Assembly (NCBI GenBank): GCA_963772835.1 | Contig: CAVYYZ010000024.1 | Span: forward strand, 32,001 to 96,000 | Direction: 5' to 3' | DNA from: an uncultured delta proteobacterium | GTDB taxonomy: Bacteria > Desulfobacterota > Desulfuromonadia > Geobacterales > Pseudopelobacteraceae | DNA: 64,000 nucleotides | Shown here: positions 38,761-48,965 of the stretch, piece after piece | Layout of the letters: every line of letters begins with the position of its first letter | Position numbering within the stretch: the stretch's first letter is position 1 | Translations under genes and position numbers: made by a program | The notes under the pieces: generated by a model | Database searches by the model: none | The model's input: only the letters and a program-made list of their open reading frames with translations | Told to the model about the DNA's origin: nothing

Positions 38761-39855
38761 TTAACGTACCAGCGGCAGCAATACCGTGAATTTTGTTCCA
38801 TGTCCCGGGTCCGACTCGGCCTTGATCATCCCGCGATGCTCCGAGACGATTTTATGGCAGATCGTCAACCCCAGGCCTGTACCACCTGATTTTGTACTGA
38901 AAAACGGAGTCCAGATATTTTCCAGATCCTCCTGCGGTATGCCTGGGCCGTCGTCACCGACTTCGATGGCAACCATACGGGAGTGCCGCTCGTTCTGTGT
39001 CATGCGATAATCGGCAAGGACTCTGCTTGATACGGTCAGGCGGCCGTCAGCACCCATGGCATCGATGGCGTTGCACACAAGGTTCAGAAACAGTCGCGTC
39101 AACATCTCCTCATCAGCCATAATATCCGGGATGCTGGGGTCAAAATGCTGAATGAATGTAATAGCCCGGTCGGCAACCCCCTGCTTCTGAAGCAATAAAA
39201 TATCCCCCAGGATCCTGTGCAGATTTACGGGAGAAAGTTTAAGCGCCCGCGGGGAGGCAAGTTCAAGCAACTCGCGGATAATATGGTCGATACGCTCGGT
39301 TTCACGGATCATAACCCGGGTATACTCGAGCATTTCGCTCTTCGGCTCAAATTCCCGTTCCAGAAGCTGGGCAGCACCTTTGATGCCTCCCAGAGGGTTT
39401 TTAACTTCATGAGCCAGTCCGGCGGCCAGCGTGCCGAGCGTGGAAAGGCGGTCAGCCTGACGTACCGCTGCCTCAAGCTCCCGGATGTACGTGATGTCTT
39501 TCAGTGTCAGTATCGCACCGATATTTTCTCCGCTCCCTTCAACCAGCGGGTAGCAGGTAACGGCAACAGGAGTAATTCTTCCCGTCGAACGGACAACGAC
39601 ATTTTCATGGTCCGAGATGGTGATGCCGGTCCGCATGGTCTTGGCCAGCATCTCGATCAATGTCGTTTCAAGCGCAAACAGTTTTTCGAACTCCTCTCCA
39701 AGCGCCTGCTTTTGAGAGAACCCGGAAATTTCTTCGGCCGCAGGATTGCACAGGGTAATCCTGCCGTTGCTTCCGACAACGATAACACCGTCTCCAACAC
39801 TGTCGATCACGGTGGCGTAATAATCATCTCGTGTTTTCTGCTGTTCACTCTGCAT
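38761..39855 (-). CDS. ntrB: PAS histidine kinase (NtrB-like)
   Basis: LAAGLAHEVKNPLGGIKGAAQLL, FDPSIP, GTGLGL. Confidence 0.82.
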   Translation of the reverse strand: MQSEQQKTRDDYYATVIDSVGDGVIVVGSNGRITLCNPAAEEISGFSQKQALGEEFEKLFALETTLIEMLAKTMRTGITISDHENVVVRSTGRITPVAVTCYPLVEGSGENIGAILTLKDITYIRELEAAVRQADRLSTLGTLAAGLAHEVKNPLGGIKGAAQLLEREFEPKSEMLEYTRVMIRETERIDHIIRELLELASPRALKLSPVNLHRILGDILLLQKQGVADRAITFIQHFDPSIPDIMADEEMLTRLFLNLVCNAIDAMGADGRLTVSSRVLADYRMTQNERHSRMVAIEVGDDGPGIPQEDLENIWTPFFSTKSGGTGLGLTICHKIVSEHRGMIKAESDPGHGTKFTVLLPLVR

Positions 39856-40849
39856 CTGTGTCTGAAGCGTGCCCCGGGTTATCCGGTATGCTCCGTATCC
39901 TTTCGGTCAGGGACTGTACGTCATGAATTGACTGGGCTGAATTGGCGGTCCGCCGGATTTCAGAAGCGCCGGCGAATCCTTTGGCATACCAGCCGATATG
40001 TTTCTTTATCTCCCGGACGGCAACAGTTTCGCCCCGGTCATCTGTTAGCCGGTTCAGATGTTTTTCAATTGTATCTGCCCGTTCCGCAGTGGTAACTGGG
40101 GAGTAACCGCCGGACAGTCCCAGTTCCCGGACCTGCCTGAAAATCCAGGGGTTGCCGAGTGCCCCGCGCGCTATCATGATACCGTCACAGCCGGTCTCGC
40201 GCAGCATCCGCAGACAGTCTTCGGGCGTAAACAGGTCTCCGCTCCCCAAAACGGGGATTGAGAGGGAGTCTTTCATTTCTTTCAGTTGGGTCCAGTCTGC
40301 ATGACCGGAAAACATTAGAGACCGGCTTCGCGGGTGCAGAGTGACGGCATCACACCCTTCGGACTCCGCTATGCGGCCGACTTCCAGAAAAACGTTGTCG
40401 CCGCAGTGCCAGCCTGAACGGATCTTTATGGTCAGAGGCAGTGTGGTTGCTGCGCGCACGGCACGAACGATGGCGGCAATTTTGAGTGGATCCTGCAGCA
40501 GTGCACTGCCGGCACCGGTTCCTACGACTTTTCGCACCGGGCAGCCCATGTTGATGTCCAGCAGGTCGCCGTATCCTTCCACCATTCTCGCAGCTTCAGC
40601 CAGATCCAAAGGATTATCGCCGAACAGCTGGATCCCGAGTGGCCGATCCGCAGGGGAGCTTTTCAGGAGGGCCAGCGTCTTGATCCCTTCGCGAACCAAT
40701 CCGTTGACACTGACCATTTCGGTGTAGGCCAGTGAAGCTCCGGCCTCGCGACAGATCAATCGGAACGGTAGATTTGTAATTCCCGCCAGGGGTGCAAGCA
40801 CGACATTGTGCCGAAGGGCGAGAGAGCCAATTGTTAATGGTTTTAGCAT
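39845..40849 (-). CDS. dusB: tRNA dihydrouridine synthase DusB (NifR3)
   Basis: LAPLAG, TEMVS, DINMGCP, GAGSALL, ARGALGNPWIF. Confidence 0.93.
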   Translation of the reverse strand: MLKPLTIGSLALRHNVVLAPLAGITNLPFRLICREAGASLAYTEMVSVNGLVREGIKTLALLKSSPADRPLGIQLFGDNPLDLAEAARMVEGYGDLLDINMGCPVRKVVGTGAGSALLQDPLKIAAIVRAVRAATTLPLTIKIRSGWHCGDNVFLEVGRIAESEGCDAVTLHPRSRSLMFSGHADWTQLKEMKDSLSIPVLGSGDLFTPEDCLRMLRETGCDGIMIARGALGNPWIFRQVRELGLSGGYSPVTTAERADTIEKHLNRLTDDRGETVAVREIKKHIGWYAKGFAGASEIRRTANSAQSIHDVQSLTERIRSIPDNPGHASDTDAE

Positions 40850-41029
40850 GATACACACTGACGACACGAACCGGGAGGGAGAATAACGGTACATCGATGC
40901 CTATTTTTTGGGCATAGTAGCACAGCCGGGATAAATGGCAAGGGCAAAAAGCAGATTTTTATTGCCAACAGGCTGATTTCCGTTTTTAATACACGCAATA
41001 CTCAAGCTGTCTGCGATAGGAGAACTGCG

Positions 41030-41317
41030 ATGTTTGGAATCGGCATGCCGGAAATGATAATTATTCTCGTGATAGCCCTGATTGTCATCGGGCCGCAGAA
41101 GCTGCCTGAATTGGCCAAGTCGCTCGGTAAGGGACTGGCTGAATTTAAAAAAGCCACAGACGACTTCCAGAAAAACGTTCAGGAAGAATCCCGAAAGAGT
41201 GAAGAAAAAGAGGCGGTCTCGCCTCAAGTTGCGACAGTCGTGACGCCACATGAGGCGACACCCGCCCCGGATCCTCATGCCGCTCCGGTTGAGAAGAAGA
41301 GTAATGTGCCGTCATAA
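41030..41317 (+). CDS. Twin-arginine translocase TatA/TatB-family subunit
   Basis: [32 protein letters not shown]. Confidence 0.92.
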   Translation: MFGIGMPEMIIILVIALIVIGPQKLPELAKSLGKGLAEFKKATDDFQKNVQEESRKSEEKEAVSPQVATVVTPHEATPAPDPHAAPVEKKSNVPS

Positions 41318-41344
41318 TCCCACGGTATGACATGTGAACTCATT

Positions 41345-41381
41345 AGAAAAAGGGGGATGCTTCCGGCATCCCCCTTTTTCT
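41345..41381. terminator. Bidirectional intrinsic terminator
   Basis: AGAAAAAGGGGGATGC/GCATCCCCCTTTTTCT between convergent genes. Confidence 0.85.
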
Positions 41382-41422
41382 ATATATGTGAACGGAGCCC
41401 ATGTCCGATGCCCGTTATATTT

Positions 41423-42013
41423 CTACGCCACTGTCACTTCACGATGTTTTGGGAATAATCCCTGCGGTCTGTAGCCATCCACCACAACCTCGAGGCGTCC
41501 GTCGTTTGGACAGAAAATCAGCCCGTGGATCGGGACGTCTGCCGGTATGAGGGGGTTTGCACGGATTTTCCCCACCACGTCACATACGTTTTCTTCCGGG
41601 CAGGAAAAGGCGCCAAGCCACTGTGCCAAATCAGGAACAAGGGTCTCAATTGCCTCGGGTGAAACTCCGCGGGCGATCATGTCGTTTCGCAGCTTTTCCG
41701 GATGGACATCTGACATGCCGCAATCTTCGTGGCCGATAACAAAGACTTCTTCTACCCCCAGCATGAAAATGGCCGCAACCAGACTGCGGATAACCCCGCC
41801 CCGGAGAGGGTCCACCAGGATGTTGCCGGCGTTCTTGATAACCTTTGCATCTCCGCGTTTTATTCCCATGGCCGGCTCCAGAAAGTCAACCAGTCGTGTG
41901 TCCATACAGGTGAAGATGGCAAACTGCTTTTTCGGGTTTTTCGGGAGCGGCGAAAATGCTCCCGGGTGGACAAACTTCCGGTTCACGGTAAGGATGGAAT
42001 CGAGCAGGTTCAT
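41423..42013 (-). CDS. Beta-class carbonic anhydrase (Cab/clade D-like)
   Basis: TCMDTRL, KNAGN, GHEDCGM zinc ligands. Confidence 0.92.
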   Translation of the reverse strand: MNLLDSILTVNRKFVHPGAFSPLPKNPKKQFAIFTCMDTRLVDFLEPAMGIKRGDAKVIKNAGNILVDPLRGGVIRSLVAAIFMLGVEEVFVIGHEDCGMSDVHPEKLRNDMIARGVSPEAIETLVPDLAQWLGAFSCPEENVCDVVGKIRANPLIPADVPIHGLIFCPNDGRLEVVVDGYRPQGLFPKHREVTVA

Positions 42014-42125
42014 AGCAGTACCCTCACTTATATCGTCATAGTTTTTTACGTTCGGATTCCTGTGCCGCTTCGTTTTGTTTGGTGCGACTGAGAGTCGTGG
42101 CAGAGTTTAAAACACCCCATGCCGT

Positions 42126-42317
42126 TAATTAGTTTCCGTCCGGAAAGGGTTCTTTTTCGCCATGCCCGCGTCAACCTTCATTCAGGCTTGCTTGTGCGAC
42201 GTACCCATGTACGCCTCCGCGCAACCCCTCGAATTCCTTCTCATGACAAAAAATTCCTCCTTACCGAATCGTAAACCAACAGTTTCTCATCCGGTGTTTC
42301 CGGATGGAAACTAATTA
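42126..42317. mobile_element. MITE-like non-autonomous element (192 bp)
   Basis: Terminal inverted repeats TAATTAGTTTCCGTCCGGAAA / TTTCCGGATGGAAACTAATTA (20 of 21 match), no coding capacity. Confidence 0.72.
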
Positions 42318-42332
42318 TTAGTAGGACATCGG

Positions 42333-42392
42333 CGGGGTGTCAATATTTATCTAAAATAAATAAGTTTATTTCGGATAAATATTGATACCCCG
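42333..42392. repeat. Long AT-rich palindrome (28-bp arms, 4-nt loop)
   Basis: CGGGGTGTCAATATTTATCTAAAATAAA-taag-TTTATTTCGGATAAATATTGATACCCCG, 3 mismatches. Confidence 0.75.
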
Positions 42393-42399
42393 TACGAAC

Positions 42400-42434
42400 A
42401 AAAAAGACGAGAGCTGAATTCTACGGCTCTCGTC
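42400..42434 (-). terminator. Intrinsic terminator of hsp20
   Basis: GACGAGAGC/GCTCTCGTC stem followed by T-run on minus strand. Confidence 0.75.
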
Positions 42435-42461
42435 CATAACCCGATCTGTCCTGAAGTAGGT

Positions 42462-42908
42462 TTACTTAACCGGGATGCTTATCTGCTTTGGTTTCGTCTC
42501 CTCTTTTTTGGGCAGTGTTATCGTCAGGACCCCTTTTTCGCAACTGGCGGCAACCTTCTCCTGATCCACTGTTGCCGGCAGAGTGAAGCTGCGCTGAAAA
42601 CTGCCGAAATACCTCTCGATACGGTGGTAATTCTCTTTTTTTACCTCATCTTCATGTTTGCGCTCCCCCTTCAGAATCAGGGTGCTGTCTTCAATACGGA
42701 CATCGATATCTTTCTGGTCTACATCGGGCAGTTCGGCTTTTATTACGATCGAATCCGCCGTTTCATAAATATCGACCGCCGGTTGCCAGAGCCCCTCTTT
42801 GATGTCTTCACTGGGCAGATCGTTGTTCCATGAGAGGTTGAGGAGCCTGTTCATCTGGTCCTGCATGCTGCGCAAATCCCTGAGCGGGTTATACTTTACC
42901 AGTGCCAT
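42462..42908 (-). CDS. Small heat-shock protein Hsp20/alpha-crystallin
   Basis: PAVDIYE, ERYFGSFQRSFTLP, GVLTITLPK, IxI tail; AAGGAGG RBS. Confidence 0.95.
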   Translation of the reverse strand: MALVKYNPLRDLRSMQDQMNRLLNLSWNNDLPSEDIKEGLWQPAVDIYETADSIVIKAELPDVDQKDIDVRIEDSTLILKGERKHEDEVKKENYHRIERYFGSFQRSFTLPATVDQEKVAASCEKGVLTITLPKKEETKPKQISIPVK

Positions 42909-43007
42909 GATGGTATCCTCCTTTGAATCCGGTGTAATTGAGAAATGCTCCGATACTTTGAGCATAATCACGATTTATGAATTGTCAAGCCCCCGAGCGG
43001 AACAACA

Positions 43008-43736
43008 TCAACCACATGTCTGGCGGAGGAATTCCAGGCTTTTCAGCTTTCTTGCAGAGTGAACGACCAGCGACTCATCCAGCAGGAAACCGCCTGAAAG
43101 AAGCGACTCCTCATCAAATGTCACCTGCCCGAAACGACTGGTAGCCAGGCAGGTTATCAGACGCTGCAGCGAGGCAGACGTCATCTCACGGCCTGTTGCG
43201 GCACAGAAGCGGCACAGCAGTTCACCCTCCGGCTGAACAAGGGCCCCACGCTCACCAAAATCAGAGCCGCAGCGGCTGCACCCGTCAAGAGAAGGGCGGT
43301 ATCCGAGGATGTTGAGCAGATTTATTTCAAACATTCTGCGGTCCGACTCGTCAATATGGCCGGCGTCAAGGCGTTCAAGATAAGATGCCAGCAGACGGTA
43401 CAGCCGCGGCAGCGGGTGCCCTTCCGGGGTGAGGCACTCCACCAGTTCGCAGGCGTACAATCCATGGGCAATCGCTCCGAGCCCGCTCCGGATACCGGAA
43501 TAGAGGGTTATTACATCAGCGCTTCGCAGGGAAGAGAGGCCGTCCTTATGGTTCAACTGGATATTGATCCGGGCAAATGGTTCCAGGGCCGGGCCGAAAC
43601 GTTTGCGACTGTTGCGGGCTCCGCGGGCAAAACCTTTGAGGCGGCCATGTTCAAGCGTGAACAGCGACACGATCCGGTCACTTTCACCATAGTCGGAATT
43701 TGAGAGCACGAACGCTTGTAGCTTTTCCAGTTGCAT
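43008..43736 (-). CDS. recO: DNA repair protein RecO
   Basis: DYGESDRIV..FT.EHG..KGFARGA, C4 zinc site CSRC/CRFC. Confidence 0.93.
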   Translation of the reverse strand: MQLEKLQAFVLSNSDYGESDRIVSLFTLEHGRLKGFARGARNSRKRFGPALEPFARINIQLNHKDGLSSLRSADVITLYSGIRSGLGAIAHGLYACELVECLTPEGHPLPRLYRLLASYLERLDAGHIDESDRRMFEINLLNILGYRPSLDGCSRCGSDFGERGALVQPEGELLCRFCAATGREMTSASLQRLITCLATSRFGQVTFDEESLLSGGFLLDESLVVHSARKLKSLEFLRQTCG

Positions 43737-43842
43737 GGTTGGTCTCTGCTGTTCCGGCCGGTGAGAATATGGTAATAAGTCACAAAACTATGATACACTT
43801 TCGCCGTACGAAGTGTAGAACAATTTATTGAAGGTTATCCGC

Positions 43843-46257
43843 ATGATTGCATCTGAAACGCTTGTCCGGCTCGAATTCGACAAGCTTCTGACTGAAATTT
43901 CCAAACACGCCCACAGTTCCTCAACGGTTGAGCGGATTCTCCGCATCCGTCCGCTCACCGACCTTCAGGAAATCAGGGCCATATCGGGACGGGTCGGCGA
44001 GATTCGCTCCCTTGACCGTTCGGGTATCCCGCTTGCGCTGGGGAGTTTTGACGACATCCTCCCGTCTCTCGAACGTGTAAGGCCGGTCGGTGCCATACTG
44101 GCGCCGCAGGAGCTGTTGTATTTTATTCCGGTTCTTCGCCTGTACGCCGCTCTGGAGCGCCAGTTTGGACACCGTGACGACATTCCCCTGTTGAAAGCAA
44201 TTGAACCGCAGCTGCAGGGCTTTCCTGATATCCTTGAACCGCTCGTGGCATCTATTGATGCCGATGGCAGCATCATGGATTCCGCTTCGACCCTGCTTAA
44301 GGAGACCCGACGTGCCAAACGCGGGCTGGCGGGGCGGATCCGTAAAAAAATCGAAGAGATTATCCGGGACAACGGCATTGAAAAGTTCCTTCAGGATGAC
44401 TTCATCACGCAACGCTCCGGCCGCTGGGTTATCCCGGTGCGCATGGATTCCAAAGGGATGGTCAGGGGAGTGGTGCATGATGTCTCATCCTCGGGTGAAA
44501 CCGCTTTCATGGAACCGCTGGAGATCATTCCCTTTGTAAATGAACTGGAAAATCTGACAGCCGAAGAGAAGGCCGAAGAGATTCGTATTCTGCGCCAGCT
44601 CTCAGGCTGGATACGTGAAGATGCGGGCCGGATTACCGACTGTTTTACAACACTGCTGGAGCTGGATCTGCTGAATAGTATCGCCCGGTTTGCACTCGAC
44701 TACGATCTCGAACCTGCCGCACTTAACGAACAGGGTGAACTGCATCTGATCGAGGCCCGACACCCGCTGCTTCTGATGATGCAGAGGCGGGGGGGGGTGA
44801 AAAATGTCGAGCCGCTCGGGCTGAAGCTGGGCGGTGCCGCTCCAGAGTCAGATTCGGTCATGGTCATCACCGGGCCCAACGCCGGAGGTAAGACGATCGC
44901 CCTCAAAACGGCCGGTATGCTGGCGTTAATGGCACTCAGCGGTCTGCCGGTCCCGGCAGGCCGCCGCTCAACTTTTCCACTCATCGATTCTCTCCTGGTG
45001 GATATCGGAGATGAACAATCGATAGAGCAGAGCCATTCCACCTTTTCGGCCCATGCCGCGAGGATTACCGCCATCCTTCAGCAGAGTGGCGCCCGTACGC
45101 TGGTGCTGCTGGACGAGCTGGGTGCGGGTACCGAGCCGCTGCAGGGGGCGGCAATCGCCTGCGGTGTCCTCCATGAACTGCAGCTGCAGGGGAGCATGGT
45201 GATTGCTACCACGCACCTGAGTGATATTATCGGATTTGTCCACCAGACGCCCGGCATGATCAACGCCGGGATGGCATTCGACGATGCCAGTTTCACCCCG
45301 CTCTACCGGCTGATCGTCGGAGAACCGGGGCAGTCCCATGCCGTGGAGATCGCCCGCCGTTTCGGAATGCCGGAGCGGGTGATCGCTTTTGCACGCCGGA
45401 TGCTCGGCAACGCCGGCAGCGAATTCGCGGGACTGTTAACCGAACTGCGCCAGCGGAGAAGTGAGTATGAAAAACTTCGCACATCTCTTGATGTTCGGGC
45501 ACAATCGCTTGACAGACGGAGTGCGGATCTTGATGCCCGGGCTGATGAAGTACTCCGGATCCGTAAGGAGGCTGCCGAGAAGGGATGGAACGATGCAAAA
45601 GAGTTGATTTCCGACACGAGACGCCGTACGAATGCGCTGCTTGACCGGTTGAAACGGGAGACGCGGAGTGAGATTGTTGATGAACTGCATCAGGTTGAGA
45701 CTGATCTGGTAACGCAGCTTAAGCCGGTGGCGACAGAACCGGAACCGGTACCATTGGATTCAGTCAGACCGGGAGACCCGGTTCATATCGGCTCATTGGG
45801 ATATGATGGCGTCGTGCTGTCGCTGGATAGCCGTCAGGCCAAGGCGCGGGTGAGGGCCGGAAGAATGGAGCTGGATGTACCTCTGTCCGCCCTGTCCCGG
45901 CCGCGGGCAGGGGCAGGGCGAAGCGTTAAGAAACCTGTCGCCCCGTCCTGGAGGATGGATATTGTCGAGAGTGAACAGCATGAGTTGAAGCTGATCGGAA
46001 TGCGGGTTGAAGAGGCGCTGGCGGAGTTGGAGCCGTTTATTAATCATGCCGCCGCTGCCGGTCTGAGCGAGCTCCGGGTTATCCACGGGGTCGGGAGTGG
46101 TCGGTTGCGGGATGCCGTGAGAGAGGAACTGGAACGGCATCTGCTGGTTGAGAGACAGCGTCCCGGTGAACCGCATGAAGGGCGCGATGGTGTCACGATA
46201 GTTACGTTGAAAACGAGAGGGCAGGGGTGCATTTCCGGAGGAAACTATGCCGCATAA
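43843..46257 (+). CDS. mutS2: Endonuclease MutS2
   Basis: LEFDK, VHDVSSSG, ITGPNAGGKT, DIGDEQS, LDELGAGT, KOW and Smr (IHGVGSGRLR) domains. Confidence 0.93.
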   Translation: MIASETLVRLEFDKLLTEISKHAHSSSTVERILRIRPLTDLQEIRAISGRVGEIRSLDRSGIPLALGSFDDILPSLERVRPVGAILAPQELLYFIPVLRLYAALERQFGHRDDIPLLKAIEPQLQGFPDILEPLVASIDADGSIMDSASTLLKETRRAKRGLAGRIRKKIEEIIRDNGIEKFLQDDFITQRSGRWVIPVRMDSKGMVRGVVHDVSSSGETAFMEPLEIIPFVNELENLTAEEKAEEIRILRQLSGWIREDAGRITDCFTTLLELDLLNSIARFALDYDLEPAALNEQGELHLIEARHPLLLMMQRRGGVKNVEPLGLKLGGAAPESDSVMVITGPNAGGKTIALKTAGMLALMALSGLPVPAGRRSTFPLIDSLLVDIGDEQSIEQSHSTFSAHAARITAILQQSGARTLVLLDELGAGTEPLQGAAIACGVLHELQLQGSMVIATTHLSDIIGFVHQTPGMINAGMAFDDASFTPLYRLIVGEPGQSHAVEIARRFGMPERVIAFARRMLGNAGSEFAGLLTELRQRRSEYEKLRTSLDVRAQSLDRRSADLDARADEVLRIRKEAAEKGWNDAKELISDTRRRTNALLDRLKRETRSEIVDELHQVETDLVTQLKPVATEPEPVPLDSVRPGDPVHIGSLGYDGVVLSLDSRQAKARVRAGRMELDVPLSALSRPRAGAGRSVKKPVAPSWRMDIVESEQHELKLIGMRVEEALAELEPFINHAAAAGLSELRVIHGVGSGRLRDAVREELERHLLVERQRPGEPHEGRDGVTIVTLKTRGQGCISGGNYAA

Positions 46258-48175
46258 TAAAATTGGAGAGATGCTGATCCATTCCAAGCTGGTCAGTCAG
46301 GAACAGTTCGATCAGGCACTTCAGAAACAGCAGTATTACCCCACGCTGCCGATCGGCCAGATTCTCTGTCAGATGGGTTTTCTGAAAGCCAAAGACCTGG
46401 AATACGTTCTCGATCACAACAATAAACGCCGCAAGCTGGGAGAAATACTGATCGCGCAGAACCTGATCAATGAGGAACGGCTGGCCAGTGCCCTTCAAGT
46501 CAGTAAAACTGAAAAAATTCCTCTTGGCAAGGCATTGATCAGACAGCACCTTCTGGAAGAAGAGCAGGTCGCACGGGCAGTTGCTACACAATTTGATCTG
46601 AAATTCGTCAGTCTGGCGGGCGTCCGCCTCGACCAGGAAATGTCCGGATTTATCAATGCGTCGTTTGCACAGCGCCACCGTATCGTGCCTATCAGGTGCA
46701 GGGATAACTGTCTGACGATTGCCATGGCATACCCGCTGCAGCGCGATGAATTTGCCCAGCTTGAGGGGTGGTGCAGGATGCGTGTCGACGCCGTCATTGC
46801 CAAAGAGAGTGATATTCTCGTTGCCCAGCAGAAAGTATTCCGGCTGAACGGATTGGCAAGCCACGAGGAGCTCAACTTCGAGTTGTCAGAGGACCAGATA
46901 CGTGAAAGCGGGAGGTCGAAATACGTCAATGATTTTATCAGCGCCGATGTGGATTTTCTGGTTAAACGTATTATCACCAACGGGATACGCGACGGTGCCA
47001 GTGATATCCATCTGGAATCTACTGAACACGGCATGCAGGTACGCTACCGTATTGACGGAATCCTGCAGACAATTGAAATGGGCGCTGACGAGGCATTGGT
47101 CAGTCTGAATTCCCGGCAGATTATCTCCAAAATAAAGATCATGTGCGATATGGATATCGCGGAGCGCCGGAGACCTCAGGACAGCAGTTTTAAAATGAAA
47201 GTATCAAAGGAGGGAATTGTTCGCGGAGTTGATTTCCGTGTTTCTTCAATACCGACCCAATACGGCGAGAATGTTGTTGTCAGGATTCTGGACAAACGGA
47301 GTGGCGCCGTAACTCTAGAGGCGCTGGGGTATACTCCCGAACATGTCACGGCACTCTATCAGGCGCTGGATAAACCTACCGGCATCTTTCTGGTGACCGG
47401 TCCGACCGGGTCCGGGAAATCATCCACACTGTACGCGATACTCTCGCGCATCAACACTCCCAGCGTCAAAACGCTCACCATTGAGGATCCGATTGAATAC
47501 GCTATCGACGGAATTACGCAGACCGAAACCAATGAAATAATCGGTAACTCATTTCCCCGTCTGCTGCGCGCCTTCCTGCGCCAGGATCCTGATAATATTA
47601 TGGTAGGCGAGATCCGCGACCTTGAGACCGCCACAATCTCCATGCGTGCGGCCCTGACCGGCCATACGGTGCTTTCAACCCTGCATACCAACGATGCAAC
47701 CAGTGCCGTAACGCGTCTTGTCGACATGGGAGTGGAGCCGAGCCTGATTGCAACGTCCCTGCGCTGTGTCCTGGCGCAACGGTTGGTACGCCATATCTGT
47801 CGCAAGTGTCGGGTACAGTATACTCCTGCGGAACAGATTCTGATGCAATTTGGAATTCCGGGAAATAGCGGCATGAAATTTATTCAGGGGAAGGGGTGTT
47901 CGGCATGCAATTTTACCGGATTCAGCGGCCGCCTCCCGATCGTTGAACTGTGGATACCCACCCGTGACGAACTGCTGATGTTCAACCGTCGCCCCGATAA
48001 TCAGACTCTTCGGGAGACGGTGTTTGTGCAGTCACACCGTCCGACGATGATTGAAGACGGGTTCCGTCGGGTGCGGGCCGGAGAAACGACATTGGAGGAA
48101 TTGTTGCGCGTCGTCCCGTTTGAACAGATTGAGGTCGGGAGAGAAAAAATCACCCGCCTGTTTGCAGCGAAATAA
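46247..48175 (+). CDS. GspE/PilB-family secretion ATPase with tandem MshEN-like N-terminal motifs
   Basis: IGEML/IGQIL/LGEIL/LGKAL repeats, ASDIHLE, GPTGSGKS, LRQDPD, TGHTVLSTLH, Cys4 site. Confidence 0.9.
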   Translation: MPHNKIGEMLIHSKLVSQEQFDQALQKQQYYPTLPIGQILCQMGFLKAKDLEYVLDHNNKRRKLGEILIAQNLINEERLASALQVSKTEKIPLGKALIRQHLLEEEQVARAVATQFDLKFVSLAGVRLDQEMSGFINASFAQRHRIVPIRCRDNCLTIAMAYPLQRDEFAQLEGWCRMRVDAVIAKESDILVAQQKVFRLNGLASHEELNFELSEDQIRESGRSKYVNDFISADVDFLVKRIITNGIRDGASDIHLESTEHGMQVRYRIDGILQTIEMGADEALVSLNSRQIISKIKIMCDMDIAERRRPQDSSFKMKVSKEGIVRGVDFRVSSIPTQYGENVVVRILDKRSGAVTLEALGYTPEHVTALYQALDKPTGIFLVTGPTGSGKSSTLYAILSRINTPSVKTLTIEDPIEYAIDGITQTETNEIIGNSFPRLLRAFLRQDPDNIMVGEIRDLETATISMRAALTGHTVLSTLHTNDATSAVTRLVDMGVEPSLIATSLRCVLAQRLVRHICRKCRVQYTPAEQILMQFGIPGNSGMKFIQGKGCSACNFTGFSGRLPIVELWIPTRDELLMFNRRPDNQTLRETVFVQSHRPTMIEDGFRRVRAGETTLEELLRVVPFEQIEVGREKITRLFAAK

Positions 48176-48179
48176 GTAA

Positions 48180-48965
48180 TCACCCGATCCGGAGTGAACG
48201 CATGGAGATTGACCCCATCGGCACACCTTCTGCGAAGAACGAAGCATGCTCGTCCGGTTGTTGCAACGCCAGTATATAGAGCAACGGCAGGAAATGTTCG
48301 TTGGTCGGTATCGAAAGCCGGGACGACTCACCCAGCAAAGTGTAATCCACCAGACGTTCATGTTCACCGGTCAGGATCAGATCAGCAACCAATCGATCGA
48401 ACTCTTCAGCCCAGGGATATGGTTTGTCGGCGCTCCATTGCAGCATCCGCAGGTTATGGACAATATTGCCGCTCCCTACAATCAGTATCCCCTCACTGCG
48501 CAGTGCAGACAGCACGGCCCCCCGATCATAGTGGAAGCGCGGCAGCTGCGTCCGGTCAAGGCTGAGCTGCACGGTTGGAATATCAGCTTCCGGATACATG
48601 CGCCGGAGCACCGACCAGGCGCCGTGGTCCAACCCCCACACATTGCCGTTATCCATATGTACTGCGGTGGATGTGATAAGCGACCGCACCCGATGTGCCA
48701 ATTCAGGTGAACCGGGGGCCGGGTACTGAATCCGGTATAATTCATCGGGAAATCCATAAAAGTCGTGGATTGTCTTTGGCCGGTCCATCGCGGTGACGAA
48801 CGTCCCGGCGGTCTCCCAGTGAGCCGAGATGCAGAGAATGCCTTTCGGCCTCGGGATCGAAGCGGCTGCTTCCCGCCAGGCGGCAACATATCCGTTTTCC
48901 TCGATGGCGTTCATCGGGCTGCCGTGGCCGATGAAGAGAGCCGGCATGAGCTGGTTTGAGTGCAT
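48180..48965 (-). CDS. ygiD: 4,5-DOPA extradiol dioxygenase (YgiD/LigB family)
   Basis: LFIGHGSPMNA, SAHW, GLDHGAW, GSGNIVHNL, PTNEHFLP; TAATG overlap with ovoA stop. Confidence 0.9.
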   Translation of the reverse strand: MHSNQLMPALFIGHGSPMNAIEENGYVAAWREAAASIPRPKGILCISAHWETAGTFVTAMDRPKTIHDFYGFPDELYRIQYPAPGSPELAHRVRSLITSTAVHMDNGNVWGLDHGAWSVLRRMYPEADIPTVQLSLDRTQLPRFHYDRGAVLSALRSEGILIVGSGNIVHNLRMLQWSADKPYPWAEEFDRLVADLILTGEHERLVDYTLLGESSRLSIPTNEHFLPLLYILALQQPDEHASFFAEGVPMGSISMRSLRIG

